Below are positions 11,290 through 21,548 of a stretch of 64,000 nucleotides of DNA, in pieces. Every line of letters begins with the position of its first letter. The stretch's first letter is position 1. Made by a program: the position numbers and the translations under genes. The notes beneath the pieces were generated by a model. That model did not search any database. It was not told the DNA's origin and saw only the letters and a list, made by a program, of their open reading frames with translations. This DNA is from Myxococcota bacterium (lineage in GTDB: Bacteria; Myxococcota_A; Polyangia; Nannocystales; Nannocystaceae): NCBI GenBank assembly GCA_039028615.1, contig JBCCHT010000002.1:384001-448000 (forward strand). Reading direction: 5' to 3'.

Positions 11290-12945
11290 TCAGTCCTCCT
11301 CCCGTCGGTAGGAAAATGCTTCGTCCTCGACCAGCGCGAGCACGACGGCGTCGAACCGATGGCCTTCGCCCCGGAAGCGCGTGAGCAAGTCGTTCACGTA
11401 GCGCAAGTCCTCGAACCCGACCTGGTGGCCCATGGCCATGCGATAGAGCTGATGGACCATGCAGGAGTCGAGCAGCTCGTTGTCCATCACGTAGTCGGCC
11501 AAGCCAGCCGGGCCGGAGAAGGGCTGACCATCGATGCGCCCCTCCCCCGTGATCTCGCACTGCGGGTTGTCGGCCTCCGCGGTGCGGAAGCGGCCCATCT
11601 GGTCGTACTGCTCGAGGCCGAAGCCCACCGGGTCGACCAGCTCGTGGCAGCCGTTGCACGAGCCGTTGCTGCGGTGTTCCTCGTAGCGATCGATCTTGCA
11701 CTCCGCGTCGCCGCCCTCGGGCGGGTTGTCGACGTCGACATCGGGCGGAGGCGGCGGAATGGCCTGGCACAGCAGGCGGGTGCGGATCAGCAGGCCGCGC
11801 TGCGTGGGGCTGGTGTCGCCGAAGCGCGCCGCGACCGAGAGGAACGAGCCGTGCGAGAGCAAGCCCTGGCGACCGATGGCACCGTAGTCGACCCAGGTCG
11901 GCTCGTCGCTGCCGGGCGCGGGCAGGCCGTACAGCTCCGCCAGCGTGTCGTCGACGTAGCTGCCCCCGGCCGCGAACACGTCGAGATACGAGCGCGGATC
12001 GTCGAAGATCACGTCGTCAAGCAGGGCCCGGGTCTCGCGGCGCATCGAGGTCGTCAGCGCGGCTTCGTGGGGCAAGGCGTAGTAGCCGAGCCACATCGCA
12101 TGAAAGCGATCGATCCGCTCGCGAGCGCGGGGGTCGTCGAGCATGGTCCGCGCCAGCTCGGCCACCTGCGCCGGACTGTCGAGCCCGCCCGCCTCCGCCT
12201 CGTCGAGCAAGTCGTCCGACGGCGTCGTCCCCCACACGAAGTACGAAAGCCGCGTCGCGACCTCGTAGCCGTCGAGTCGGAACACCCCGGGCTCCGCCGT
12301 GGGCGTGCCTACCTCGACCCGATAGATGAAGCTCGGGTGCTGCAAAAGGACCCGCAGCACCGTGTCTACGCCCTCGTAGAAGTCGCTGCGCTGCGCGGCG
12401 AAGTCGAGGCCCAGCTGCGTCCAGCCCTCGATCTCCTCGGTCGTCAGCGGTCTCCGCAGCGCCCGTCGGCCCACCCGACCGACGAAGTCTTCCATGCAGC
12501 TGGCATCGGCGGGCCCGGTCGGCTCACAGCCCACCACCAGCTGCCGCCGGGTGGGGTCTTGCACCAAGCGCGTCGCGATGTCGTTGGCCATGGTCTCGAT
12601 GCTCTCCACGAGCACGGTGGAGACCGCTTGATTGGTGAAGTCGTTGTCGAAGGGATCGATGACGTCCTCGGGCAGGAAGCGCGTGCCCGGGTCGGTGTCG
12701 TCGCCCAGCAGGTCGCGCAGGGTGTGGTCCATCTCCGTACGCGAGAGTCGACGCAGCCCCACCATGCCGACGCCGCCGTTTTCGGGTGGAGTCTCGGCCG
12801 TGCCGTCGTCACTGCCCCCGTCGGCGGTGCCGCTGCCTTCGGTCCCGAAGCCCAACCCGCCGTCGGGAGTCCCGCGATAGCAGCCCATCACCAGGGTGCC
12901 CCCCAGCGCTGCCATCGCCACGTTTCGATAGGTCCTCGTCCTCAT
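11290..12945 (-). CDS. DUF1592/DUF1588 (PSD/PSCyt) domain lipoprotein with heme-binding motif
   Basis: LRRLSRTE, EVATRLSYFVWGTTP, TSPTQRG, CNGCH (CxxCH), DPVGFGLEQYDQMGRFR; lipobox LVMGC. Confidence 0.9.
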   Translation of the reverse strand: MRTRTYRNVAMAALGGTLVMGCYRGTPDGGLGFGTEGSGTADGGSDDGTAETPPENGGVGMVGLRRLSRTEMDHTLRDLLGDDTDPGTRFLPEDVIDPFDNDFTNQAVSTVLVESIETMANDIATRLVQDPTRRQLVVGCEPTGPADASCMEDFVGRVGRRALRRPLTTEEIEGWTQLGLDFAAQRSDFYEGVDTVLRVLLQHPSFIYRVEVGTPTAEPGVFRLDGYEVATRLSYFVWGTTPSDDLLDEAEAGGLDSPAQVAELARTMLDDPRARERIDRFHAMWLGYYALPHEAALTTSMRRETRALLDDVIFDDPRSYLDVFAAGGSYVDDTLAELYGLPAPGSDEPTWVDYGAIGRQGLLSHGSFLSVAARFGDTSPTQRGLLIRTRLLCQAIPPPPPDVDVDNPPEGGDAECKIDRYEEHRSNGSCNGCHELVDPVGFGLEQYDQMGRFRTAEADNPQCEITGEGRIDGQPFSGPAGLADYVMDNELLDSCMVHQLYRMAMGHQVGFEDLRYVNDLLTRFRGEGHRFDAVVLALVEDEAFSYRREED

Positions 12946-13087
12946 CGCATTGACGCAGACTGACGAGCCCCCGATCGGTTCATGGATTTCTTCGAGGAAA
13001 TCGCAGGCGAGTGCATCCGCTGCCGATCGTGTAAGCGCTCGCGCCCCGGCATCCCGCGCCATGGGGGACGACGACCCCAGACCGCTG

Positions 13088-13711
13088 CTACTGCGAGTCG
13101 GGTTGGTCGGAGCGAGCTCTCAGTGAGCGCGCCCATCCGTCGAGGTCGTGCAGGCTCTGCGCCGGCACCCCGCCCTGCGCCACGACCTGCTCGAGGTGCT
13201 CGCGTAGACGCTCGCGCGCCCGCAGCAAGCGGGTCTTGACCGTACCGCGCGGGATGTCCAGCACCTCCGCCAGCTCGGCCGTGCTCAGCCCCTCCCAGTA
13301 GTGCAGCTCGAGCAAGACCTGCGACGCCAAGGGCAGCTGCTGCAGCGCGAGCAGCAGGTGCTGGTCCTGCTGCGTCTTGGCCAGGATACGGCTGGGCGAA
13401 GTCCCCAGATCGATCACCGACTGGCTCAAGGGATCGGGCCGCCCGACGCCTCGATACCCCCGCGCGATGTGGTCATAGAGCCGGTTGCGTGCGATTCGGA
13501 ACAAGTAGGCGCGGAAACTGGAGCCATCGCGCAGGCGATCGCGCGACTCCACACAGGCCAAGAACGTGCCCTGAATCAAGTCCTCGCGCTCGTCTCCGAC
13601 CTTGGTGCGAAAGAACCGGCTCAGCGCCGAGATGTGCCGCTCGAAGAGCACCCGACCCGCCGCGGAGTCGCCCGCGCGCCAGGCCTCCAGCAGCTCCCCA
13701 TCCGTCCGCAT
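13088..13711 (-). CDS. ECF-type sigma-70 factor
   Basis: ELLEAWRAGD, DLIQGTFL, SSFRAYLFRIARN (region 2); LELHYWEGLS...IPRGTVKTRL (region 4). Confidence 0.93.
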   Translation of the reverse strand: MRTDGELLEAWRAGDSAAGRVLFERHISALSRFFRTKVGDEREDLIQGTFLACVESRDRLRDGSSFRAYLFRIARNRLYDHIARGYRGVGRPDPLSQSVIDLGTSPSRILAKTQQDQHLLLALQQLPLASQVLLELHYWEGLSTAELAEVLDIPRGTVKTRLLRARERLREHLEQVVAQGGVPAQSLHDLDGWARSLRARSDQPDSQ

Positions 13712-13785
13712 CGCCTAGACCCTACACCATGCCTTCGTCCCGAAAGTGTGCGTGCGTGACGGGCCAACGAGCGTTACGGTTGCCT

Positions 13786-15060
13786 GTGTCTCGACGCATT
13801 GCGCAAATTTCGTGGGCCTTACTCCTTACCGCGTGTTTCGACCCAGAGACTTCTTCGTCCGGAGAATCCGGCACCGAGTCGCCGTCGACCGGAACTCCGT
13901 CGGCAACGCCCATGGGCACCACGGCGGAGACGCCCGATCTCCCCACGACCACGACTCCGGCCACCACGGGCGGCACCACCGACGGTGAAGACACCACCGA
14001 CGGTGAAGACACCACCGACGATGAAGACACCACCGACGGACCCGGCGAGGACAGCAGCTCCTCGGGTGAACCCGAGCCTCCGCCGATGAACATCGCCTTC
14101 GTGACCGCGGCCAGCCACAACGGCTCGCTCGGCGGGCTCGCGGGGGCCGACACCATCTGCAGCGATACCGCGGCATCGGCCGGGCTCGAGGGAGAGTTCA
14201 TCGCGTTCATCGGCATCAGCTCTGCGGAGAACCCCCGGCAACGCCTCGAGGGCGCACGAGGATGGGTTCGCGTGGACGGGCAACCCGTGTTCGACCTGCC
14301 GACCGACGACATCTTGTATCCACTGCGTATCGACGAGATGGGCAACGACGTCGGCGGGAACGTAGAGGTCTGGACGGGATATCGGCGGACCTCGATCTCG
14401 CCGCTGTCCACGTGCGCCGACTGGACCACGGCCTCGGGCGCCGACGAAGGCAACATTGGCGTCGCCGATGCGGGGTCGGCCACCTTCCACGACAACGGTC
14501 GCGATCCTTGTTCCTTCTCGCGACGCCTGTACTGCTTTCAGATCGACCACGACATACCGGTCGAGCTGCCGGAGGTGGTGGGCCGAACCGCCTTTCTCGC
14601 CGACACCTCGTGGGACGGCTTCGGTGGCATCGGTGCCGCCGACAACATCTGCCAGAACCAGGCGGACATGGCGGGGCTCGGCGGTCTGTACCTCGCCGCG
14701 CTATCGGGTACCACGGCGACCGCTCGCTCCCGCTTCGACCTGACCGGTGACCCCTGGGTTCGCCCCGACGGGCTCGCGCTCGCCCCCACCGCGGCCGCGT
14801 TCTTCGACCAGGCCCTGTGGGACCTGCCGCTCCACATGGAGGCGGACGGCACGGCTCCAGCCACGACCCAGACGACATGGACGGGGCCAGACTGGAACTC
14901 CACGGGCTCGTCGAGCCAGACCTGCGCCAACTGGGCGGGGTCGACTGGCAACGGACTCGCCGGTCGCAGCGCGTACAGTGACAAGAACGTCGCGATCGCC
15001 TCCGTCGACATCGACGACTGCGACGACTCGGGCGCGAACCTCTACTGTCTGCAGCAATAG
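13786..15060 (+). CDS. Lipoprotein with T/D/E-rich linker and two DUF1554-like (C-type lectin/endostatin-like) domains
   Basis: ALLLTAC lipobox; two copies of the GxxGGxxxADxxCxxxAxxAGLxG...WVRxDG...WTG...CxxW...LYC module. Confidence 0.75.
   Translation: MSRRIAQISWALLLTACFDPETSSSGESGTESPSTGTPSATPMGTTAETPDLPTTTTPATTGGTTDGEDTTDGEDTTDDEDTTDGPGEDSSSSGEPEPPPMNIAFVTAASHNGSLGGLAGADTICSDTAASAGLEGEFIAFIGISSAENPRQRLEGARGWVRVDGQPVFDLPTDDILYPLRIDEMGNDVGGNVEVWTGYRRTSISPLSTCADWTTASGADEGNIGVADAGSATFHDNGRDPCSFSRRLYCFQIDHDIPVELPEVVGRTAFLADTSWDGFGGIGAADNICQNQADMAGLGGLYLAALSGTTATARSRFDLTGDPWVRPDGLALAPTAAAFFDQALWDLPLHMEADGTAPATTQTTWTGPDWNSTGSSSQTCANWAGSTGNGLAGRSAYSDKNVAIASVDIDDCDDSGANLYCLQQ
13975..14040 (+). 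repeat. 18-bp tandem repeat (about 3.6 copies) encoding TTDGED
   Basis: accaccgacggtgaagac x3 with one g>a variant, then accaccgacgga. Confidence 0.9.
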
Positions 15061-15105
15061 CCTCGCCGCCTGCGGAGCAGCGTAGTTCGATGCTACGCTG
15101 CTCTC

Positions 15106-16278
15106 GTGGGGCACTCGACTCGGGCATGCGCATGGCTGCTGGGCACCACGCTGGTGCTCGTCGCCGGCTCCGCCCGCGCCACCGATGGGGTCGAGCCGCG
15201 GATTCCTCCCGACTGGACGGACCCCGCGTGCATCCAGATCGTCGACCGCAGCGCGGGCAGCAGCACCATCAACCTGCCCTACTCGATCCTCGAGGAAGAC
15301 CTCGACATTCCCAATGAAGAGGTCGAGGACAGCCGACGGCACCAGTTCTTCGCGTTCTGCCGCTCCTATCCGCTGACGCGCTACCTCCCCACCTGGATCA
15401 CCCAGGCCGACATCGACCGCGCCGACCTGGTCGGTCTCGGGCCCACGGGGGTCGAGGTCGGCGACCTGCTCGAGGAAGACCCGGCGTGGGACGACTGCTG
15501 GTTTCGGATCACCGAAGACGACGATCGCCGCCCGATCTCCTTCGATGTCGCCGCGGCCGGGGTCGACTGGGACACCTCGCAGGTGCCCGCGGGGACCTAC
15601 CTGGTCGAGGGCTACACCTGGTTTCCGCCCTTCAACGAGTGGAACGACCGCGCCGGGGTGATCAAGGTCGTCGACGAGCCCGACCTCGCGGCGAGCGGCC
15701 CCGCCATCGCCATCTCCAATGGTGAGGAAATCGTGTTCCTCGACGAGACGGTCACCATCGAGGGCTGCGTGAGCGCGATGGAAGGGTCCACGATCGACGC
15801 CTACTACGCGCTCAACGAGCTTCCCGAGCAATGGGTGGCGTTCGCCGAGGACGAGCCGGTCGACACGGAGAGCTTCGCCATCGAGCTGGCACCCCCCGAA
15901 GAGCTGTTCGGGGAGTCGCTCATGGTGCGCGTGGAAATCACCGACCCCATGGGGCGGAGCTTCGTGCACCACATGCGCGAGTTCGTGGTCTTGCTCGAGA
16001 GCTCCGGCCCCGGCAGCTGCGACGAAGGCGGGTTCATCGGCGGCGCAGGGTGCCAGGGCACCGACGACGGGAGCAGCGAAGGACCCGCGGACACCGATGG
16101 CATGGCGGCCGACTCCACCGCGGGCACGACGGCGAGCTCCGCCACCGAGTCGGACTCGAGCACACCACAAACGGGGCCCGGCAGCGGCTGCGGCTGCAAC
16201 CAATCTCCGGGCCGCGCACCGGGAACGCTGGCGCTCGGGTTGTGGGCGCTGCTCGGTCGACGTCGTCGCCGACGCTAG
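15106..16278 (+). CDS. Secreted acidic protein with MYXO-CTERM sorting signal
   Basis: Signal peptide ending SARA; C-terminal SGCGC + hydrophobic stretch + RRRRRR. Confidence 0.8.
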   Translation: MGHSTRACAWLLGTTLVLVAGSARATDGVEPRIPPDWTDPACIQIVDRSAGSSTINLPYSILEEDLDIPNEEVEDSRRHQFFAFCRSYPLTRYLPTWITQADIDRADLVGLGPTGVEVGDLLEEDPAWDDCWFRITEDDDRRPISFDVAAAGVDWDTSQVPAGTYLVEGYTWFPPFNEWNDRAGVIKVVDEPDLAASGPAIAISNGEEIVFLDETVTIEGCVSAMEGSTIDAYYALNELPEQWVAFAEDEPVDTESFAIELAPPEELFGESLMVRVEITDPMGRSFVHHMREFVVLLESSGPGSCDEGGFIGGAGCQGTDDGSSEGPADTDGMAADSTAGTTASSATESDSSTPQTGPGSGCGCNQSPGRAPGTLALGLWALLGRRRRRR

Positions 16279-16320
16279 CGCTCGCTCTGCCGTCGACGGC
16301 GAGTGCTACCATGCCCCCGC

Positions 16321-18420
16321 ATGAGCACCCGGCCGCGCCATCCCGGGCTGGGAGTGGATACCCAGCACGATCTGGCCGAGCAGAACATGCGCAACCGGCT
16401 GGCGACGTCGCTATTCGGTGAGTCGCACATGCCGGTCAAGGTCGACCGCTACGTGGTGCTGCAAGAGCTCGGCGCGGGCGGCCTGGGGGTCGTGTATGCC
16501 GCCTACGACCCCAAGCTCGATCGTCGGGTCGCGCTCAAGCTCATCAACCCCGCCCGACTCACCCCGGCCGCGGCGCAACGCATGCAGCGGGAGGCCCAGG
16601 CGATGGCCCAGCTCGCGCATCCCCACGTGGCCACCATCCACGACACGGGGACGCACGGCGACGGCACCTTCATCGCGATGGAGCTGGTCGATGGCGTGAC
16701 GCTGTCCCGCTGGACACGGCAGCAGGACCGCACCTGGAAGGAGATTCGCGACGTGCTCAGCGGCGCCGGTCAGGGCCTGGCCGCGGCGCATCGCGAGAAC
16801 CTGATCCACCGCGACTTCAAGCCGGCCAATGTCCTGGTGGATGCCCACGGCCGCGCGCGGGTCCTCGACTTCGGTCTCGCGTGTGCGGCCGACGAGGTGC
16901 CGTCGGTGGGGCTCGATGGCTCCACCAGCGTGCTGGGCGACGCCATCACCGAGACGGGCATCTTGATGGGCACGCCCCGCTACATGTCGCCCGAGCAGTT
17001 CGCGGGTCGGGCCGATGCCCGCTCGGATCAGTGGGCGTTCTGCGTCGCGGCGTGGGAGCTGCTGTATCGGACCCCGCCCTTCACCGCGCCCGACGTGCCC
17101 AACCTCCGGCAGGTGGTGAACTCCGGGCACATTCCCCCGACGCCGCCGGACTCCCCCGTCCCCGGGTGGCTGGAGCGAGTGCTGCGGCGAGGCCTCAGCG
17201 TCGACCCGGCCGCCCGCTTCGCCGACATGGACGCGCTGCTCACCGCCATGGATCGCGACAAGCGATCGCGGCGCAGGCAACGACTCGGCGTGGCGGCGGC
17301 GGTCGTGCTCTCGGCAGCGCTGACCGGTACGCTGATGTTGCTCTATCGCCCGGAGCCGACCGGCGAGTCTCGGGCCCGGGTCGAGCAGTACGACCAACAA
17401 GCACGAGCGGCCGCGGCCGAGGGACGGTTTGTCTACCCCGCCCCCGATGCCCCGCAAGAGCCCACCGCCTTCGCCCGCGTGGTCGCCCTCGAGCAGATCG
17501 AAGGGCCGAGCCGCGCCGAGGCCCAGACGCGTGCGGCCGCCCTGCGCGAGGAGCTGGCGCAGACGCTCGTGGACTTGGGGGACGAGTACACCGACCGCTC
17601 GGGCGGGGCTTCGTTCGCCGCCGACTACTACGCCGCGGCGCTCATCTTTGCGCCCGACCACCCCCGCGCCCGCGGCCGCTCCACCTTGACCCCGGGGGAG
17701 CTGTCGGCCCTGCGACACAAGGCCGAAACGGCGGAGTTCTCCGGCGCCGAGCTGGCCGGCGCCCAAGTCCTCGCCGCGCTCGCCGAGCCGAACGAGCCGG
17801 AGCGCGCGGCCAAGATCGCGGCCCTGTACGACGGCTCCAATGCCCCCGCCGCGAGCACCAGCATGCACCTCGAGGAGCTGCTGGGCTCACCGCCTCGACG
17901 CGCGGCCAAGACCCGTCGACGCAAAGCCCCGACCCCTCGCGCCGACCCGGCGCCACCCCCCGCCGCCGCCGACGAGACGCCTCCCGAAGCGGCCGCCCCG
18001 ACCCCGCCTCCGGCTCCAACCCCCCTCGGTCGCGATCAGGGCCCGCGCAACCCGGCCGCGGCCGCGGCGGAGACCAAGCGAGGTCGGGCCGCCCTCGCCC
18101 GCGGGGACGATGCTGCCGCCGAGACCTCGTTCTTCCGCGCGCTGAGCTTCGACCGCCGCAACGTCGGCGCCCAGCTCGGCCTGAGCGAGCTGTACTTCGA
18201 TCGCGGCTCGTACCAAAAGTCGCTGAGCTACGCCCGCAAGGCAGTCAAGGCGGCCCCTCGCAACGGCGCGGCTCACATGCAGCACGGCGACGCGTGCTTC
18301 AAGGTCCATCGCTACGACGAAGCTCGGGCCGCGTATGTCGAAGCCCAGCGGCTGTCGCAGGCGGGCGCCACCCGTGCGCTCGAGCGGCTCGATGCCAAGC
18401 TGAAGAGCAGCTCCGGCTGA
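16321..18420 (+). CDS. Ser/Thr protein kinase with TM helix and C-terminal TPR repeats
   Basis: GAGGLGVVY, VALK, HRDFKPAN, DFG, GTPRYMSPEQ; TM; TPR-like helices near C-terminus. Confidence 0.95.
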   Translation: MSTRPRHPGLGVDTQHDLAEQNMRNRLATSLFGESHMPVKVDRYVVLQELGAGGLGVVYAAYDPKLDRRVALKLINPARLTPAAAQRMQREAQAMAQLAHPHVATIHDTGTHGDGTFIAMELVDGVTLSRWTRQQDRTWKEIRDVLSGAGQGLAAAHRENLIHRDFKPANVLVDAHGRARVLDFGLACAADEVPSVGLDGSTSVLGDAITETGILMGTPRYMSPEQFAGRADARSDQWAFCVAAWELLYRTPPFTAPDVPNLRQVVNSGHIPPTPPDSPVPGWLERVLRRGLSVDPAARFADMDALLTAMDRDKRSRRRQRLGVAAAVVLSAALTGTLMLLYRPEPTGESRARVEQYDQQARAAAAEGRFVYPAPDAPQEPTAFARVVALEQIEGPSRAEAQTRAAALREELAQTLVDLGDEYTDRSGGASFAADYYAAALIFAPDHPRARGRSTLTPGELSALRHKAETAEFSGAELAGAQVLAALAEPNEPERAAKIAALYDGSNAPAASTSMHLEELLGSPPRRAAKTRRRKAPTPRADPAPPPAAADETPPEAAAPTPPPAPTPLGRDQGPRNPAAAAAETKRGRAALARGDDAAAETSFFRALSFDRRNVGAQLGLSELYFDRGSYQKSLSYARKAVKAAPRNGAAHMQHGDACFKVHRYDEARAAYVEAQRLSQAGATRALERLDAKLKSSSG

Positions 18421-18424
18421 GGGC

Positions 18425-19498
18425 TCAGAATCGGCCCTGGACCCACAGCGAACCGAGTCCCGGAGCCAGCTGGATCCTCGCCGTCGAGCGCTCTTCGCCG
18501 CGGCGACGCGGCCGAGTCGCCACCGTCAGGCCGATGCCCGTCGCGAGCAGCACACCGCCGACCACCGCCAGGCCGATGCCCGCCTCGGCGGTGGCGTAGA
18601 TGAACCGGCAGTTGCCGTTGGGATCGACATCCGCGCCGGAGCACTGCACTCGGTTGGGCTGACCGTCGATCACGATCAGCGGGACCCCCACCACCAGGGC
18701 CGCGCCGCCGATGCCCAACGCCGACCACCCCAGCGCCCGCATGCGTTGCCGTCGCTTGGGGCGAGGCACAGGCTCGAGCGTCACCTGCACGCGATCGCGG
18801 ACGCCGGCCACCGCCTCGAGCTGACGCTGCTCGGACACGTAGCCATCGAGCTGCGCTTCCACCCGGTGCGGCCCGGGCTCGACCACGCGCTCGAAGGGCG
18901 TCTGCCCCACGATTTCCCCGTCGAGCACCACCACCGCGCCGGGCGGGATGCTGTCGAAGACCAACACGGGAGGCTCGAGGCTCAGGGCGTCGAGCCGCGC
19001 GCCGATGGCCGCGGCCTGACTGTCGATGACCTCCACCACCTCGGAGAACCCGCAGACCTCGCAGCGCTCTCGGCTCTGGGCCACGCTGCGCTCGGTCTGG
19101 GCGTCGATGACATCCACGACGATGGTGAAGTCGCGGCGCTCCGCCACCACCCGCATGTGCACGGCGTGATGGGTCTGCGCCCGGCGAGCCCGCTGAGCTC
19201 GACATGCGATGGTCTCGCACGCGGCATCGCTGGGCTCGGCCACGGCCACCTGGACCCCGCCCCGCACGAGCCCTTCCTGGAGGGCGCGGGCCAGCTCGGC
19301 GCGGCGCGCCTCCGGGAGCATCGCATCGCCTTCGATCTGCGCGGGCAGCAGCAAGACCGCCCCCGACGCGGACGTCGGCTGCGGCGGGGGTTCGACCACG
19401 GGCGGCGGGCTGGCGTGCGCCGTCGCGGTCTGCAGAGCGACCCCGAGCACCACCCACGGTGCTCGAGACCCTCGGCCATGCTGTGGCGTCCCCCGCAT
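18425..19498 (-). CDS. PEGA domain-containing protein
   Basis: DSIPPGAVVVLDGEIVGQTP...PGPHRVEAQLDGY PEGA signature; two C-terminal hydrophobic segments; ends VQGRF. Confidence 0.88.
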   Translation of the reverse strand: MRGTPQHGRGSRAPWVVLGVALQTATAHASPPPVVEPPPQPTSASGAVLLLPAQIEGDAMLPEARRAELARALQEGLVRGGVQVAVAEPSDAACETIACRAQRARRAQTHHAVHMRVVAERRDFTIVVDVIDAQTERSVAQSRERCEVCGFSEVVEVIDSQAAAIGARLDALSLEPPVLVFDSIPPGAVVVLDGEIVGQTPFERVVEPGPHRVEAQLDGYVSEQRQLEAVAGVRDRVQVTLEPVPRPKRRQRMRALGWSALGIGGAALVVGVPLIVIDGQPNRVQCSGADVDPNGNCRFIYATAEAGIGLAVVGGVLLATGIGLTVATRPRRRGEERSTARIQLAPGLGSLWVQGRF

Positions 19499-19549
19499 TC
19501 GAGCCCGCAGCCTACCCACCTCGGACCCAAAGCCCAAGGCGGCGGGCTC

Positions 19550-20629
19550 TCAGGCGCTCGGATCGGCGCTGGGCGACGCGCCGCCCTTGCCCTCGGGATC
19601 GAAGGCCTCGAGCTCGGCGCTGATCTTCTCCAAGAATCGACGCTTCTCGTGGAACGGCAGGAACGCGCTCTTGAAGCCATTGAGGATCACCTGGTGCAGG
19701 TCCTCGAGCGAAAAACCCATCTCGCTGTGCATCAGGTGCATCTCCTCGGACACCGTCGTATCGGTGATCAGCCGGTTGTCGGTGTTCACGGTGACGCGAG
19801 CGCCGAGGTTGAAGTAAAGGCGCATCGGGTGCGAGCCGAGGCCCTCGACCGCCCCCGTCTGCACGTTGGACTTCGGGCAGCACTCGAGCGGGATCCGATG
19901 ATCGACCACGTAGTGCAGCAGATCACCATCCTCGCGCAGCCGGCAGCCATGGCCGATGCGGTGGGCCCCACAAATGTGCAGGGCCTGGGCGATCGACGGG
20001 GGGCCGTAGGCCTCGCCCGCGTGAATCGTGACGTTGATGTTGTTTTGACGCACCAGCTGAAACGCGTCCTGGTGCTCCTTGGCGGGGTGGTCGTCCTCGG
20101 CCCCGGCCAGATCGAAGCCGACCACACCTCGGTTTTTGTAGGCGACCACCAGCTCGGCCATCTCGAGCGATGACGCGGGCGAGATGTTTCGAATGCCGCA
20201 GACGATGATGCGACTGACGATGCCGTACTTCAGCTCGGCGTCGTACAGGCCCTTGAGCACCGTCTCCACCACCGTGGTCAGGCGCAACCCTTGCCGGGTG
20301 TGCAGCATGGGGGCGTAGCGCACCTCCATGTAGCGAACGTTCTCACGTGCGGCGTCCTCGGCGAGCTCGAAGGCGGCCCGGTACAGGGCTTCCCGCGTCT
20401 GCAGCACCTGCAGCGTGACTCCGAAGGCCTCTAGATACTTGACCAGGCTGCCCGTGTTCTCGCCGATGTGCATCGCCGCCCGCAGACCTGCGACATCGGA
20501 GGCGGGCAGTTCGATGTTTTGCTCGCGCGCCAGGTCGAGCACCGTTTCGAGCCGCATCGAGCCATCGAGGTGGACGTGCAGATCGGTCTTGGGAAGGCGC
20601 TGGAAGACCGAAAGGGGCAGCGAATTCAT
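19550..20629 (-). CDS. add: Adenosine deaminase
   Basis: LPKTDLHVHLDGS, GFDLAGAE, TIHAGEA, RIGHG, VNTDN metal and catalytic motifs. Confidence 0.95.
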   Translation of the reverse strand: MNSLPLSVFQRLPKTDLHVHLDGSMRLETVLDLAREQNIELPASDVAGLRAAMHIGENTGSLVKYLEAFGVTLQVLQTREALYRAAFELAEDAARENVRYMEVRYAPMLHTRQGLRLTTVVETVLKGLYDAELKYGIVSRIIVCGIRNISPASSLEMAELVVAYKNRGVVGFDLAGAEDDHPAKEHQDAFQLVRQNNINVTIHAGEAYGPPSIAQALHICGAHRIGHGCRLREDGDLLHYVVDHRIPLECCPKSNVQTGAVEGLGSHPMRLYFNLGARVTVNTDNRLITDTTVSEEMHLMHSEMGFSLEDLHQVILNGFKSAFLPFHEKRRFLEKISAELEAFDPEGKGGASPSADPSA

Positions 20630-20825
20630 GCAGACTTCTAACGCCCTCGTGGGCACCGCGCTAGGGCCACGCCGCGAGATCACACACCGGGCATGGAGAA
20701 GGGGGTTTTTGCCCCACAAAGGGCGGCTATCGGGCCGCTGTCGGCGCGTAGCGGGGGACGGATCGCGATGGATCGGGGCCCAGCCAATGCCCTAGACTTA
20801 GCGCTCGATTCGAGGTCATCGCCCG

Positions 20826-21548
20826 TTGTTCTCGCCCACCTCCGAGGGTTCCCCTGCTCCTCGGTCGCGCTCTTGGCTGCGCGGCGTGGGATCGATCGCT
20901 CTTTTGGGGTGCGCGACTGCGAACATCGGCGGCTGCGTTCGCGAGCCCCATGCGTGCGAGCTTCAGCTCGAGCGAGGCGACGTCATCATCACCGAGATTC
21001 GGGGCCCCCAAGACGGCACCGACACCCGCGGCGAATGGTTCGAGCTTTACAACGCCACCGACGCGATGGTCGACCTGTTCGGCCTGCGCGGTGAGCTCGT
21101 GAACCTGCGGGGCTCCATCGAGATCAACTTCATCGTGCGCGAGTCGTTGCCCGTGGGCCCCGGCGAGTACGTGGTGCTCGGCAGCCTCGCCAATGCGCCC
21201 CCCGAGGTCGACTACAGCTTCAACGACGACTTCGCGGTCGAGCCCCGTCTCGAGGACTCCGACGGCACGCTCGTGGTGCCCGTCGGCGAAGACAGCGACC
21301 CGCGCGAGCTGTTCTCCAACGCCCGCGTCGAGCTGTTCGCCTGCGACCAGCTGATCGAGACGGTCATCTACGAGCAGCTGCCGGCCGCGGGCACCTTCAG
21401 CTTCGACGGCGCGCGCAGCCCGAGCGCCGACGACAACGACGACCTGAGTCACTGGTGCACCAACGACGCCGAGGCGCCCGAAGACGGACCCCAAACCGAG
21501 ATCGGACTGCCCGGGTCTCCGGGGGAGGCCAACCCGCCATGTCCCTGA
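20826..21548 (+). CDS. Lamin-tail-domain (LTD) lipoprotein
   Basis: GDVIITEIRGP...GEWFELYNAT...PGEYVVLG...GSPGEAN; hydrophobic leader with Cys; TTG start uncertain. Confidence 0.82.
   Translation: MFSPTSEGSPAPRSRSWLRGVGSIALLGCATANIGGCVREPHACELQLERGDVIITEIRGPQDGTDTRGEWFELYNATDAMVDLFGLRGELVNLRGSIEINFIVRESLPVGPGEYVVLGSLANAPPEVDYSFNDDFAVEPRLEDSDGTLVVPVGEDSDPRELFSNARVELFACDQLIETVIYEQLPAAGTFSFDGARSPSADDNDDLSHWCTNDAEAPEDGPQTEIGLPGSPGEANPPCP

Noticed and set aside
13975..14040. Short direct repeats considered as a possible CRISPR array
   Set aside because: No spacers, in-frame coding repeat (TTDGED), no cas genes
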